A stretch of DNA of 64,000 bases. Origin: Anaeramoeba ignava BMAN (lineage: Eukaryota; Protista; Anaeramoebae). Positions 37,219 through 50,344 of the stretch are shown here, in pieces. Location of the stretch: the NCBI GenBank assembly GCA_028826165.1, contig JAPDFW010000070.1:1178001-1242000 (forward strand). Direction: 5' to 3'. Below the pieces are notes generated by a model. It saw only the letters and a program-made list of their open reading frames with translations. It searched no databases and was not told where the DNA came from. The translations under genes were made by a program, and so were the position numbers. How positions within the stretch are numbered: position 1 is the first letter of the stretch; each line of letters starts with the position of its first letter.

Positions 37219-40200
37219 ATGCAATTTCAATCCCTTTCTATTTTACAAAATTTAATTAAAAAAAACCAAATTGAATTAATCAAAAATTTTTTAAAAGAAA
37301 ATGAATTAACAAATAAAGATCTTTCAAAATGTTTAACATTTTCACTAATGAATTCATCAACAACACTTCAGATTGTCGAATTACTAATACAATCTGGAGC
37401 AGATATCAATCACAGAAACCCAAAAAGTAGAAGAACAGCTTTATTAACAGCAATAAGACATTCAAGTTCATCAGAAATTGTTGGTTTTCTTATTAAATCA
37501 GGAACAAATTTAAATTTAAATTTAAAAGATCGGAGGAAAAGAACAGTTTTATTTTATCTGATGAAATATTTGCGTTCAGATACCTTGGAGTTACTCAATT
37601 TGATATTAGAAAAGGGAGTTGATATTAATTATAAAGACAATTTACTTCAAACTCCTTTATCTTATGCAATTATCAATCAACAACCTATTGAAGTTGTCAA
37701 ATATCTTATTGAAAAGGGGGCAGAGACTAATATTCTTAATATTCATCAAGAAAATCTGCTCCATATTTGTGCAAAATACAATCCAAATGTTGATTTACTT
37801 CAATTATTAATTGACAAAGGAATCCAAATTAATAATACAACAAAATATCTCAAAACTCCTCTTAGTTATTTAGTAGTAAATTACCCAAAAACCATACCAG
37901 AAATCAAATTTCTTGTTTCAAAAAGAGCAAATATTGCCAAATCTTTATTCTCTTATGTTATGGATCCAAAATTTTTTGAAGCTATCAATTTTGTATTTTC
38001 TCTTTCTTCGGTTTCAATCAATCAAAAAAATCAGTCAAATCAAACATTACTTCATTGTGCATGTCTCAGAAAGAACAACATCAAAATAATTGAGGTGATT
38101 ATACAAAATGGGGTTGATGTTAATGTAAAAGATTCAATGGGAAATACAGCTCTTCATCTTGCTTGCCAAAATGATTTAGAAAATGAAGTTATCAAGTTAT
38201 TGATTTCGTCAGGAATTGATCCTTCAATTACAAATACATCCAGCAGCTATGCATTGGAGTATTTTCACAAATGGAATAGTAATGAAAGTGAGGAAATATC
38301 TGAAATAATGGTTCTTCTTTTTAAAGGAATTGATTTGGCTGGAATGAAATTACCTCGACTGAGTGAAAATTCCTGGAGAAATTTGTTTAATAACAATAAA
38401 TACAATTCTGAGATTATCAAAATTGTAGATCAAATCAGTGATGCTTATGATTCCTCTCGTTATTTTTATAGAAGAGTTTCAATAGAAAATTTTCTTATAT
38501 ATTCTTATAAGAATCTTGAAGTCTTTAAGTTTTTGTTTGAAAAATCGTTGAAATCAAAAAAAACAAATTATTCCAACATCGTCTCTAAAATTTCTAATTA
38601 TGTTGATAGTTCTGCGGCGATCATATATATTCTTGAATCACTTGAAAATCATCCTGAAATAGATATTGATGTCAACACGGCACTATTTAATTTTTCTTCT
38701 ACTTCTCATGGAGTTGAGCAACTTAAATTGTTTATCAAAAAAGGAGCCAATGTGAATACTCAAAACGATCAAAAAGTAACAGTTTTAATGCGTGAATGCC
38801 ACCATTATCCATCGTTTTCAAATATATCTTTTCTTATTGAATCGGGAGCAAATGCTTTTTCAAGAGATAACAAAGGAAACACAATAATTCACCATTTCTG
38901 TAAATCAAGTACTTCATATTTCCAGCCTGTTGATATTCATGAACTGATCCAGTTATTCAAATCAACAGGATTAGATATAAATGATACAAATGACGAAAAA
39001 GAAGATGCTTTGATTTGCAGCTGTTCAAATTTTTCTTTTCCAGATGAATTGATTAGATATTTAATTGAAAATGGAGCGAATCTGAATTCAACAAATAAAT
39101 CGGGAATGTCTGCATTTTCTCTATATTTGCAGAACAAAAAGCATCGTTTGGAAACAGTTAAATTGTTTATTGAAAAAGGAATCAACCAGAAAACTATTGA
39201 AACTAGTTTTGTTAATTGGATCCAAAACAAAATTGCTATTAATCAATCCCATCCTTTGGAAACATTTAAATTCTTTTTTGAAAACAATATTTTAGAAAAC
39301 AAACAAAAAATTTTATTTGAAAACTCAGTAGTTCTCCATTATTTGTTAGATTATTACAATATGAAAGGAGAGGAATTCAATGATTTACTGCTTCTATTTA
39401 TTAATAATGGGGCTAATTATGAAGTTGAAATGTATCAGAAAAAGACGCTTCTTCATTCAATTTGTACTAAAAACTCATCATTTATTCCATCAATTAAATT
39501 TTTACTCAACCTTAATTTGGATGTTAATGCACTTACTAGTTCTCGACAAACTCCTTTATCACTTGCTTGTAGATATGCAACTTCAGAAGAAATCATTCCA
39601 ATTTTACTTTCGCAAGGTGCAAATCCAAATTATCCAGAGAAGTGTATTGATTTAATCACAAAAAACATTACTTTGATTCAATATAATTCCAAATGCATAG
39701 AATATTTGCTTTGGTATGGAGCAGAATGGAAAAATCAAAAAGTAATATTTTTCTAAATTTATCCAAAAAAAAAAAGATAAACAATCAATTTAATTAATTT
39801 AAATTCTTATTAACAAAAAAAAAAGTCATTTAATTCTTATGAAAGAAAAATAAATCAATTATTCCTTAAAACATATAAAAGTTATCAAGAAGATTTTTTA
39901 AATTTATTCAAAAGACAAGAATTAACTGATTATAAAATTCAATGTAAAGATGGATTTATTTTGGTTCATAAATTAATTATTACTTTAAGATTATATTTGG
40001 AAAATGAATCAGAAAAACAAATTTTAGGGAAATTCTTAAACTTTGCTTTTGAAACATCGAAAAAAGAAATGGAAATTATCATTGAATTTCTTTATTCAGG
40101 AATTATTGAAATGAGTAATTATGAAGAACATTTTCAATTTCTTGAAAAATTTGCTCAAAATTTAAGTTTTCCTAAAAATTGGATTACTCAAAAATCAGCA

Positions 40201-40590
40201 AAAATTGGATTAATTCATGATTTAGAAAGACTTTATCAAGATCAAGAATCAAAAGATTTCACAATTATTTTTTCAGATGAAACAACAATTAAAGTTCATA
40301 AACTAATTTTAATTGCAAGATCTAATTTATTTAGAGGAATGTTTCTTAGTGTTGTTGATAATTCCAATCAAGTTCATGATTACAGTGAAATTCCTTCAAA
40401 AACAATGAAAAGTTTAATTGATTTTCTTTATTTAGATTCATGTTCTTCGTTTGAAAATTTTGAAATTGAACATTTTCAAAAAGCAAAAGATTATTTTCAA
40501 TTAAATGAAAATTCCTCTTTAAATTTATTCTTTTCTCAATCTTCATTAGCAAATCGATATTTTAATGATAAATATCTCAATAAAAAATAA
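37219..40590 (+). CDS. Ankyrin-repeat + tandem BTB/POZ protein
   Basis: Exons 37219-39741 and 39826-40590 join in phase 0. Many GADIN/TPL ankyrin repeats, then two BTB domains (TDYKI..VHKLII; KDFTI..KVHKLILIARSNLFRGMF). Confidence 0.9.
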
Positions 40591-40649
40591 TAAAATAAAA
40601 AATAAAATTTCCTTCAATAATGATTTAATTTAATTTAATTTAATTTAAT

Positions 40650-42473
40650 TTAAAATTTTCCTGTTTTGGAAATTTTTGAATAATAAACTAATTCATAAAT
40701 CTCAGAAATACAATCATGAAAAGACGAATTTGGATTTAGATTCAATGTTTCTCTTAAAGTCTGCAATCTGTTACTTGCTTCTTGAACCTCCAAAAACAAG
40801 TTATTCATTGAAGAGATGATGTTTTCATCTGAAGAAATTTGAAACAGTTGTTTGAAATGGTTGATAATCTGATGTTCTCTAACAAAAGATTGAGATTTTG
40901 TTCTTTCGATTGAATCTTTTTGGAAATAATTCAGTTGATTCATCTCATTTTGTTTTTGAGATTTATTTGAATGAGAAATGTAAAAATCAACAATCTCTCC
41001 AATTTGAGAAAGGATTTTTTGCAAAGATAATTGAGAATTTGAAACATTTGAATTTTTGAAAAATCTGCGGAAAGTGGATTGAAAGGAATCAAGTGATATT
41101 GTTGATATTCCGAGTTGGTTTTGTTCATTTAAATTGATTCGATCCAACTCTTTATAAATTTTCTGTTTAAAATCATTCAATTTCTTCAAATGCGATAAAG
41201 AGTCTTTGCATTCATAAAGTCTTTGAATTATTTGTTGAGGTTTATTTTCGCGGAGAATAGATGTGAATTTTGATTGGAATTGATTTGCTGTTTCCATTTC
41301 TAATGGCTCAACAATATCGAAAACTTGATCAACGAATTTTTGGTGTGAACTCATTTGATTTTTGATTTCGTTGATTTTGGGGATAATCATTGATGAGTCG
41401 TTAATCTTCAATGCTGAGCAAATGGAATCAAGTTTTTCTGTTTGTTGACTGTGTAATGTTCTAATAGAATTACTTGGAGATAATTTACTAAAATTGTGAT
41501 AATCAAAAAATTGGGTTTTTTTGTTGTTATTATCATTATTATCATCATCATTATTTGAGGATAATCTTTGGGAAAGTGATTGATTTTCTTGTTTTAAGCG
41601 ATTATTTTCCGTTTCCATTTCTTGTATTTTTTGTTTGAGAAGTTGATTTTCTTTGTCGTATTTTTGGTTTATTAAATTTGTTTCTTGGATTTTTTGCTGA
41701 AGAGAAAAGACATCTTGTGATAATTGCTCCACTTCTGAATCCTTTTTCTTAAGACTATCCAAAATTTGAGTTATTCTTTCAATAAGATATTTACGTTGAA
41801 CTTCTTCATTTTGATAAACGTCATTTGGAACTGGATTAAATCCATAAGATACTAACTGATCATTAACGAAAAGTAAATCGTATTTAGGAGTCATTTCATT
41901 TTCAGAATCAGTAGGATATATTGTTTTTGCTTGTGCAAAAATTTGTTGGAGGGAATCTGAGATGATTTTTCCAGCTTCTTTTTGTTTCTGAGTTGTGAGT
42001 GAATCGAGTTTTTTAAGATTACTTTTTGGATTTTGATTTTGATTTTGATTTTGATTTATTGAAATTTTGCTTTTTGATTGATCTTCAGATTCTATCAAAG
42101 GTGCTGTTGGTTTGATATAATTATTTCCATTTTGCGAATTTATGTTGGATTCAATTGGGATTAAGTTTTCGTTAAATTGAGTTTTTTTTGGATCTTGATT
42201 ATTATCACTTATGCTTCTAAAATTTTGTTCGTTTAATTTTGACATTATTTTATTTTCAATATAATTAGAATTGAAATTTTGATTTTGGTTTTGATTTTCA
42301 TCTTCATCTCCACTTAATAATTCTTCACCATCAAAATTGAATGGTTCTTCTTGTAAATCATCATCTGAACTATTGAAAAGATTTTCATTGAAATTACTTA
42401 AATTTGAATAAATAGGATGTTTATATGGAGCTGAAATTGTTTTTTGGTTATTATCGTTGTTTTTTTCTGTCAT
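40650..42473 (-). CDS. CEP70-like centrosomal coiled-coil protein
   Basis: VNDQLVSYGFNPV, a long coiled coil, and C-terminal IINHFKQLFQISSDENIISSMNNLFLEVQEASNRLQTLRETLNL. The last segment resembles the CEP70 C-terminal domain from memory; no search was run. Confidence 0.62.
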   Translation of the reverse strand: MTEKNNDNNQKTISAPYKHPIYSNLSNFNENLFNSSDDDLQEEPFNFDGEELLSGDEDENQNQNQNFNSNYIENKIMSKLNEQNFRSISDNNQDPKKTQFNENLIPIESNINSQNGNNYIKPTAPLIESEDQSKSKISINQNQNQNQNPKSNLKKLDSLTTQKQKEAGKIISDSLQQIFAQAKTIYPTDSENEMTPKYDLLFVNDQLVSYGFNPVPNDVYQNEEVQRKYLIERITQILDSLKKKDSEVEQLSQDVFSLQQKIQETNLINQKYDKENQLLKQKIQEMETENNRLKQENQSLSQRLSSNNDDDNNDNNNKKTQFFDYHNFSKLSPSNSIRTLHSQQTEKLDSICSALKINDSSMIIPKINEIKNQMSSHQKFVDQVFDIVEPLEMETANQFQSKFTSILRENKPQQIIQRLYECKDSLSHLKKLNDFKQKIYKELDRINLNEQNQLGISTISLDSFQSTFRRFFKNSNVSNSQLSLQKILSQIGEIVDFYISHSNKSQKQNEMNQLNYFQKDSIERTKSQSFVREHQIINHFKQLFQISSDENIISSMNNLFLEVQEASNRLQTLRETLNLNPNSSFHDCISEIYELVYYSKISKTGKF

Positions 42474-42559
42474 TAAATTTTAAGAAAGAAATAAAAATGA
42501 AAAAAAAAAATGAAAAAAAATGAAAAAAACAATTTTTTAACGAACATTTTCATTTCATT

Positions 42560-44940
42560 TTAATTAATCCAAATTTCTTTAAAATTTAATCAAAATTTAA
42601 TTAAAATTCATTTAAATTTAATTAGAATTTAATTAGAATTTAATCTAAATTTAATCTAAAATTTAATTAGAATTCATTTAAATTTAATCTAAATTTAATC
42701 TAAAATTAATCTAAAATTAATCTAAATTTAATCTAAATTTAATCTAAAATTAATCTAAATTTATTTAAAATTTAATCTAAATTTAATCCAAATTTAATCT
42801 AAATTTAATCTAAAAATAATTCAAATTTAATCTAAATTTAATCTAAATTTTTAATTTTAAATTTAATCTAAATTTAACTAAATTTAATCTAAATTTAATC
42901 TAAAATTAAAATTTAAATTTAATCTAAATAAATTTGACCCAAATTTCTAAATTTAATCTAAATTTAATCTAAAATTAATCTAAATTTAATTTAAATTTAA
43001 TCCAAAAATTTAAATTTAAATTTGAAAATTAAAAATTTAATCCAAATTTAATCCAAAAATTTGTCTAAATTTCAATCTAAAATTTAATCTAAATTTAATC
43101 CAAAATTAATCTAAATTTAATCTAAATTTCAAAATAATAAAATTTACCCAAATTTAACTTAAAAATTTGTCCAAATTTAATCCAAATTTTAATCTAAATT
43201 TACCCAAATTTAATCTAAATTCAATCCAAAATTCCAAATTTTAATCAAAATTTAATCTAAATTTCAATCAAATTTTAATCAAATTTAATCTCCAAATTAA
43301 AAATTTAAGAATTTGTAATAAATTTAATTTAAAATTAATTCAAAATTTAATCCAAAAATCAAAATTCACCCAAATTCAAAATCAAATTTTTAATTCAAAT
43401 TAACCCAAATCTAAAATTTAACCCAAATTAATCCAAAATTCAAATTTAATCTAAATTTAATCTAAATTTAATTCAAAATTTAATCTAAATTTGTCCCAAA
43501 TTTAATCTAAATTTCAATCTAAATTTAATCTAAATTTAATCTAAATTTTAAATCAAAAATTTGTCTAAATTTAATCAAAATTTAATCCAAATTTGTCTAA
43601 ATTTTTAAATTTAATTAAAATTAATCTAAAATTTTGTCCAAATTTAATCCAAATTTCAATTCAAATTTAATCTAAATTTAATCTAAATTTAATCCAAATT
43701 TAATCAAATTTAATCTAAATTTCTCAAAATTAATGGGAATTTCATTTAAATTTTGTCCAAATTTAATCTAAATTTTAATCCAAATTTCAATATAAAAATT
43801 TAATTCCAAATTTAATTTTGCAAAATTTCAAAATTTAATCAAATTTGTATAAATTTAATCTAAATTTGGTCTAAATTTAATTCCAAATTTAAATCCATAA
43901 TTTAAATTTAATTCAAAATTTGTCCAAATTTGTCTAAAATTCAAATTTAATCAAATTTAATCTCCAAATTTAATCATTTCCAAAATTTGAAATTCCCAAA
44001 TTTCTAAAAATTTAAATTTAATTTTTAAATTTAATTTAAATTTAATAAATTTGAAATCAAAATTACCCAAATTTAATCCAAAATTTTAATTAAATTTGAA
44101 TTTCAATCCAAAATTTAATCTAAATTTAATCTAAATTTTCTAAATTTTTAATTTGTCCAAATTTTAATCAAATTTTTAAATTGGTAAAATTCAAATTTGA
44201 AATTTAAATTATTAAAATTTTAATTCAAATTTAATTAAAATTCAAATCAAATTTGTCCAAATTTAATCTCCAAATCTAAATTTCACCCAAAATTTCCCAA
44301 AATTTCTAAATCAAAATTTAATCTAAAATTTAATCTAAATTTAATCAAAAATTAATTTAAAAATCTAAATTCTAATCTAAATTTAATCCAAATTTAATCC
44401 AAATTTAATCCAAATTTAATCAAAAATTAATCAAATTTTAAATTTAAATTTAAAAATTTTAATTTAAATTTTCTAAAATTTTCAAATTTTTCAATTTTAA
44501 TTTAAATTAAATTTGGAATTAGAATTTTAAATTTAATCTAAATTTAATCTAAATTTAATCTAAAAATTAAAATTAATCAAATTTAAATTTAATTTAATTT
44601 AAATTTTTAATCTAAATTTGTCCAAATTTAATCTAAAATTAACTAAAAATTAATCTAAAATTAATCTAAATTCTAATCTAAATTTAATCCAAATTTAATC
44701 TAAATTTAATCAAAATTTAATCTAAATTTAATCTAAATTTAATCTAAATTTAATCTAAATTTAATCTAAAATTAATCTAAATTTAATCTAAATTTAATCT
44801 AAATTTAATCTAAAATTAATCTAAAATTAATCTAAATTTAATCTAAAATTAATCTAAATTTAATCTAAAATTAATCTAAATTTAATCTAAATTTAATCTA
44901 AATTTAATCTAAATTTAATTAAAATTTAAAATTCATTTAA
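42560..44940. repeat. Degenerate 11-mer minisatellite (AATTTAATCTA)n
   Basis: Clean units at both ends and a noisy centre. Confidence 0.9.
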
Positions 44941-44943
44941 AAT

Positions 44944-46648
44944 TTATTTAAAATTTAAATCATAAATCAATTTTGAATTTATCGAAAGTTGAAAAAAATC
45001 AACTGCATCAAACAATTCTTCTTTTGCTTCCTTTGAAATTTCAGGTAATTCATCTGTATAAAGAAATTGAACAAGAGCATTTAAGGATTCAAAACTTTTC
45101 TCACTATAATCATTAACAGAATTTGATTCATCTTCAACAAAGGTAAACATTCCTCTAAATAATTCACTTCTTGCACAAAGAATCACTTTATGCGCTTTAA
45201 TAACATTCTCTTTGACAAGAATTCGGAAATCTTTTGATTCCTCATCTTGAAAACTTGTTCTTAAATCTGAAATTAATCCCTTCTTAAAACTCTTTTTTTG
45301 GAAATCAATTCCAACTTCTTGACAAAAATTTTGGATCGCTTTTTTATTTAAAACTTTCCCAGTGTAAATCCATTTCAAAATATCTTCTGTTTCCTTTTTA
45401 TTCCCCATTCTTTTCAATATATTTATTGATATACTGTATTTTTCTCCTAATCTACTTTTTAAAATCATTGAATGAGCTTTTCCAAAATTTTCATCAATAT
45501 CGCAAAGTTCTTTTCTTTCAAAAAATGCTTCCATATCTTCGAATAAAGAAGAGAAATATCCTAAAACCTCCTTCATTTCTTTTGGTGCAATATCCAAGAC
45601 TGTTTTATTCTTTTCATTTCAAAAACAATCAATAAAGGAAAAAATTTTTTTTTTGATCAAATTTTTCTAAATGAGAACTTTTTTTGTTTTTGCTAATTCA
45701 AAAATAATTACTTCATCATTTGGAATTGTTGGATCTGCTTTATATTCAAGTAATGTTTTCAAAATATCAAAATGAGTAACATCTAAAGCTGAAAATAATG
45801 CAGTTTCTCCCTAAAAATGTTTTATAATGAATTAGCTAATTTTTTTTTCTTTTTTATAAGAAAAAAATTATTTTTTTTTTCACAGATTTTTTTTGAAGAT
45901 CAACACCAGATCCATTTTTAACTAAAAGATCAACAATTTCTTTTTTGTTATTTTTTGTTGCCATCATTAATGGAGTCCATCCCTAATTTGAAAAAAAAAA
46001 AATTTTTTTCTTAAGTGAAAAAATGAGAAATTTTTCTTTTCTTACAAAATTATCTTGAACATTCAAATCAGCACCAGATGAAATGAGAATTGAAACTATT
46101 TCCAGATATCCATTTATACAAGGTCTAAATAAACAAGTCCATCCCTTTATTAAATAAATTAATAATTAATTAAAAATAAATCAATCAATAATTAATTAAA
46201 TAATTACATAACTACTTCTTAAATTTGGATTTGCTTTGTTTTTCAATAACTCAACCACAATACTTGGATGATTATTTTCGCAAGCAATCATAAGTGCTGT
46301 TCGTTTCTATTTTAATTTATACATTTTTTTTCAAATTAATTTTTTTTTTCGTTTTATTAAAATTCATAATTTAATAACATATCGATTTTGTAAGTCAATT
46401 TCAGCTTTATATTTTATAAGAGCTTTCACTTTTTCAAGATCTCCATTTGATGAAGCTAACATTAAAGCTGTCCATTCATTTCCTCCCTAATTTAATAATA
46501 AATATTTTTTTAATTTGATTTGATTTGATTTTTTCAAATAATTCACATTTTGTTTTTGATTTGGATTAAATCCTAATTCAAGACATTGTAAAACTTCATT
46601 AATTGTTCCATATTCAGCATAATATGCAAGAGAATAACTTAAACTCAT
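44944..46648 (-). CDS. Ankyrin-repeat + BTB protein, 7 exons
   Basis: ATG 46648 (MSLSYSLAYYAEYG). Short exons each encode one ankyrin repeat (WTALMLASSNG, RTALMIACENN, WTCLFRPCING, WTPLMMATKNN, ETALFSALDVT). The last exon has BTB KDFRI..KAHKVILCARSELFRGMF. Confidence 0.88.
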
Positions 46649-46841
46649 TTTAATTTTGAATTTTCTAAAAAGAATAAAAAAAATGAAAAAAAATTTTTCA
46701 CTTTTTTTTTTGGAAATAGTTTTTATTATTATTTAAAAAGAAAATAGATAATCTGGAAAAAAAAAAGAAAAAAAAGAAAGAAAGAAGAAAGAAAAAGGAA
46801 GATTATTTTTTGTTGAATAAAAAAATTTGGAATTTATTAGA

Positions 46842-48592
46842 TCAAACCAAATTACAACCTTTTTGACGAGTTTTTGGATTTGCTAAAGCAGCATGAACTG
46901 CTTTTTCAAAGACAAGATGAACATTTTCTTTAGTTTTTGCTGAACATTCAACATAAGCATAAGCTTTAATTGATTTAGCAAGTTCTTCACTCTTTTGAAT
47001 ATAAAAAATAAAAATAAGATTTCGAATGAATTTTTTTTTTTTTTGGGAAATTAATTAATAATTTACTTTTTCAATTTTTACTAAATCTTCATCACTTGTT
47101 TCAGAATTATTTGATTTTCGAAGATCGGATTTTAAACCAACAAGAATATAATTTATTCCAGGACAATAATGTCTAAATTCTTTGACCCACTTTTTAATTT
47201 TAATTAATTTTGATTTTGATTTTAATTTTGAATTTGATTTTGATTTTAATTTTGAATTTGATTTTAATTTTAATTTTAATTTTGATTTTGATTTTGATTT
47301 TAATTTTGAATTTCATTTTAAATTGTTTGTTACTTTAGTTTCTATAGCATCAAATGATTCTGGGCGATCAATACTAAAACAAATTAATGCAACATGTGTA
47401 CCAGGATAAACTGTAGGACGTAAACGATCCAAATCTTCTTGACCTAATATTAAACATAATATTAAATATAATATTAAATATAATTTTAAACATAATATTA
47501 AATATAATTTTAAATATAATATTAAATATAATATTAAATATAATTTTAAATATAATTTTAAATATAATATTAAATATAATATTAAATATAATTTTAAATA
47601 TAATTTTAAACATAATATTAAATATAATATTAAATATAATTTTAAACATAATTTTAAATATAATATTAAATATAAAATTAAATATAAGATTAAATATAAT
47701 ATAAATATAATATTAAATATAATTTTAAATATAATTTAAATATAATTTTAAATATAATTTTAAATATTAAATATAATTTTAAATATATTTTATAATATTA
47801 AATATAATTTTAAATATAATTTTAAATATAATATTAAAATTAAATATAAGATTAAATATAATATTAAATATAATATTAAATAATAATAATTTAAAATATA
47901 ATATTAAATATAATATTAAATATAATATTAAATATAATTTTAAATATAATATTAAACATAATATTAAATATAATATTAAATATAATATTAAATATAATTT
48001 TAAATATAAGATTAAATATAATATTAAATATAATATTAAATATAATATTAAATATAATATTAAATATAATATTAAATATAATTTTAAATATAATATTAAA
48101 TATAATCTAAATTAAAAATAATCTATATTAAAAATGATCTAAATTAAAAATGATCTAAATTAAAAATCGAATTTGAAATTTCTATAAACAAACCAGCTGT
48201 ATCAAATATATTAAGTTCATATTCAACTTCATCAACAGAAATATCTGCTACATCTTCTTGTAAAACTGTTGGAACATATACTTCAGGAAATCTATTTAAC
48301 AAAATAATTTTAATTAAAAAAAAATTAATTCAAAAAAGGAAAATAAATACAAAATTATTTTAATAAATTTCAATAAAAAATTAATTCAAAACTCAAAAAT
48401 GAAAAATTTGAATGAAGAAATTCCCAAAATTTAATTAAAAATTTTATTCGAATAATTTTAAAAAAATTTTTTTGTATTTTTTTTGTTGTTTTTTAAATAA
48501 AAAACTTACTCATCTTTAACAAAAACGTTTAAAAGACAAGTTTTACCAATTGCACCATTTCCAATACAAACTAATTTGAATCTTCTCGACAT
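46842..48592 (-). CDS. RhoA-like GTPase, 5 exons
   Basis: Exons 48592-48510, 48291-48194, 47443-47334, 47189-47067 and ~46991-46842 give [41 protein letters not shown] and CaaX CNLV. Confidence 0.9.
47446..48110. repeat. Intronic 12-mer minisatellite (TAATATTAAATA)n
   Basis: Fills intron 2 of the Rho gene. Confidence 0.9.
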
Positions 48593-49139
48593 TGATTCTG
48601 TTACTTTGATTTTATTTAACGTTTTTAAAAATTATTTTAGAATTACAAAAAAAAAATTTATAAAATCATTTTTATAAATTTTGTTTTAAATCCAATTTCA
48701 AATCAATATAAAGTTATTCTTTTAATATTTAATCAAAATATTTACATTAAAAATAGAAAATATAAAGAAATTGAAAAGAATTAAAATGAAAAAAAAAATG
48801 AAAAAAAAAATTTTGAAAATAAAAATAATTTTTTTTTAATTTTAAATTTAAATTTAAATTGGATAAGAAATTAAATCAGATCTTTAAAAGAGAAAAGGAA
48901 TTTGTTTTATTTGAAAGAGAATATCAATAATCCAAATCAAAATAATAAAAAAATAATTTTTTTTGTTTTTCAATTTTAGGGAAATTTTTTAAAAAAAAAA
49001 AGCAAGAAAAGTTTTTGAAGAAGAAAAGAAACTTGATTTTGATTTTGATTTTAATTTTGAATTTAATTTTAATTTTGATTTTTAATTTTGATTTAAATTT
49101 TGATTTTGATTTTGATTTTGAATTTGATTTTGAATTTGA

Positions 49140-50135
49140 TTAAAGAATTAAGCATTTTTTAGATTTAGTTCCACGAATTGATTTTGTTAATGCAGCTTTA
49201 ACAACTTCTTCAAAAACTTGAGTAACGTTTGAATTTGTTTTTGATGAACATTCAACATATTTTATAGCTTTAATTTGTATTGAGAGTGATTGACCCTTTT
49301 TTAATTTTTAGTTTTAAAATTGAAATTAAAATTGAAATTGAAATTAAAATTAAATTAAATTAAAATTAAATTAAAATTAAATGTAAATTTAAATTAATTT
49401 GACTTTCTACCTCTTGTGATTTAATTGGTTCTTTATTAATTGCTTTTAGTGAATCAAGTGTTTCTTGATCTGTTCTAAGATCTGTTTTTAAACCAGCTAA
49501 GACAATATTTATATTAGGGCAATAATGATCAATTTCCTTAATCCACTTTTTGGGTAAATTAAAAATTATTTAATTTATTAATTTTTAAATTGGAACTTTA
49601 AATTTTGAAATTAAAAATATACTTTTAATTTCACATTATCGAAAGATTCATGATTATCAATTGAAAAGCAAACAAGAACAATGTTAGTATCAGGATAACT
49701 TAATGGACGAATTCGATCCATATCTTCTTGACCTTTTTTTTTTTATTATAAAACAAAACCATAAAAAAAATTTTTAAATTTTTTAAAGCAAAATAATTTT
49801 GGAAAATAAAAATTAAAATTAAAACAAAAATAAAATTAAAAATGATAATAAATTAATAAACAAACCAGCAGTATCAAAAATATGTAATAAATATTCCTGT
49901 CCATCAACATTAATATCTTTTTCTTGGCTTTCAAAAACAGTTGGGACATAAAGTTCTGGGAATCTTTTATTTTAATTAATTTTTCAATTTAATTTTTTTT
50001 TTTTCAATTTAATTTTTCAATTAAATATTTTTTTTTAATTAAATTAACTTACTCTCCTTTGCTAAAAACAGAAAGAAGACATGTTTTTCCAGTTGCACCA
50101 TCACCCACACAAACTAATTTAAATCTTTTTGTCAT
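49140..50135 (-). CDS. RhoA-like GTPase, 5 exons (same intron positions as its neighbour)
   Basis: [57 protein letters not shown] and tail KSKKCLIL. Confidence 0.9.
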
Positions 50136-50344
50136 CTCTTTGTTGTTTTGAATCTTTTTGTTTTTTTTTGTTTATAATTAACAAATGAACTTTCAAAATA
50201 AAATAATTAATTTTAATTGAAAAAAAAATTTAAATTGTATGAAAGAATTTACTTGAAAAAAAGCAAAAAGAAAAAAAAGGAAAAATGATAAAAAAAAATG
50301 ATTTTTGGTTTTTGATTTTTTTTTTCTTAATTTTTTTTTTCAAT

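Noticed and set aside
42560-44940. Telomeric or centromeric identity for the 11-mer tract
   Set aside because: No G-rich telomere-like unit, it is internal and flanked by ordinary genes, and the noisy centre may be low-quality consensus.
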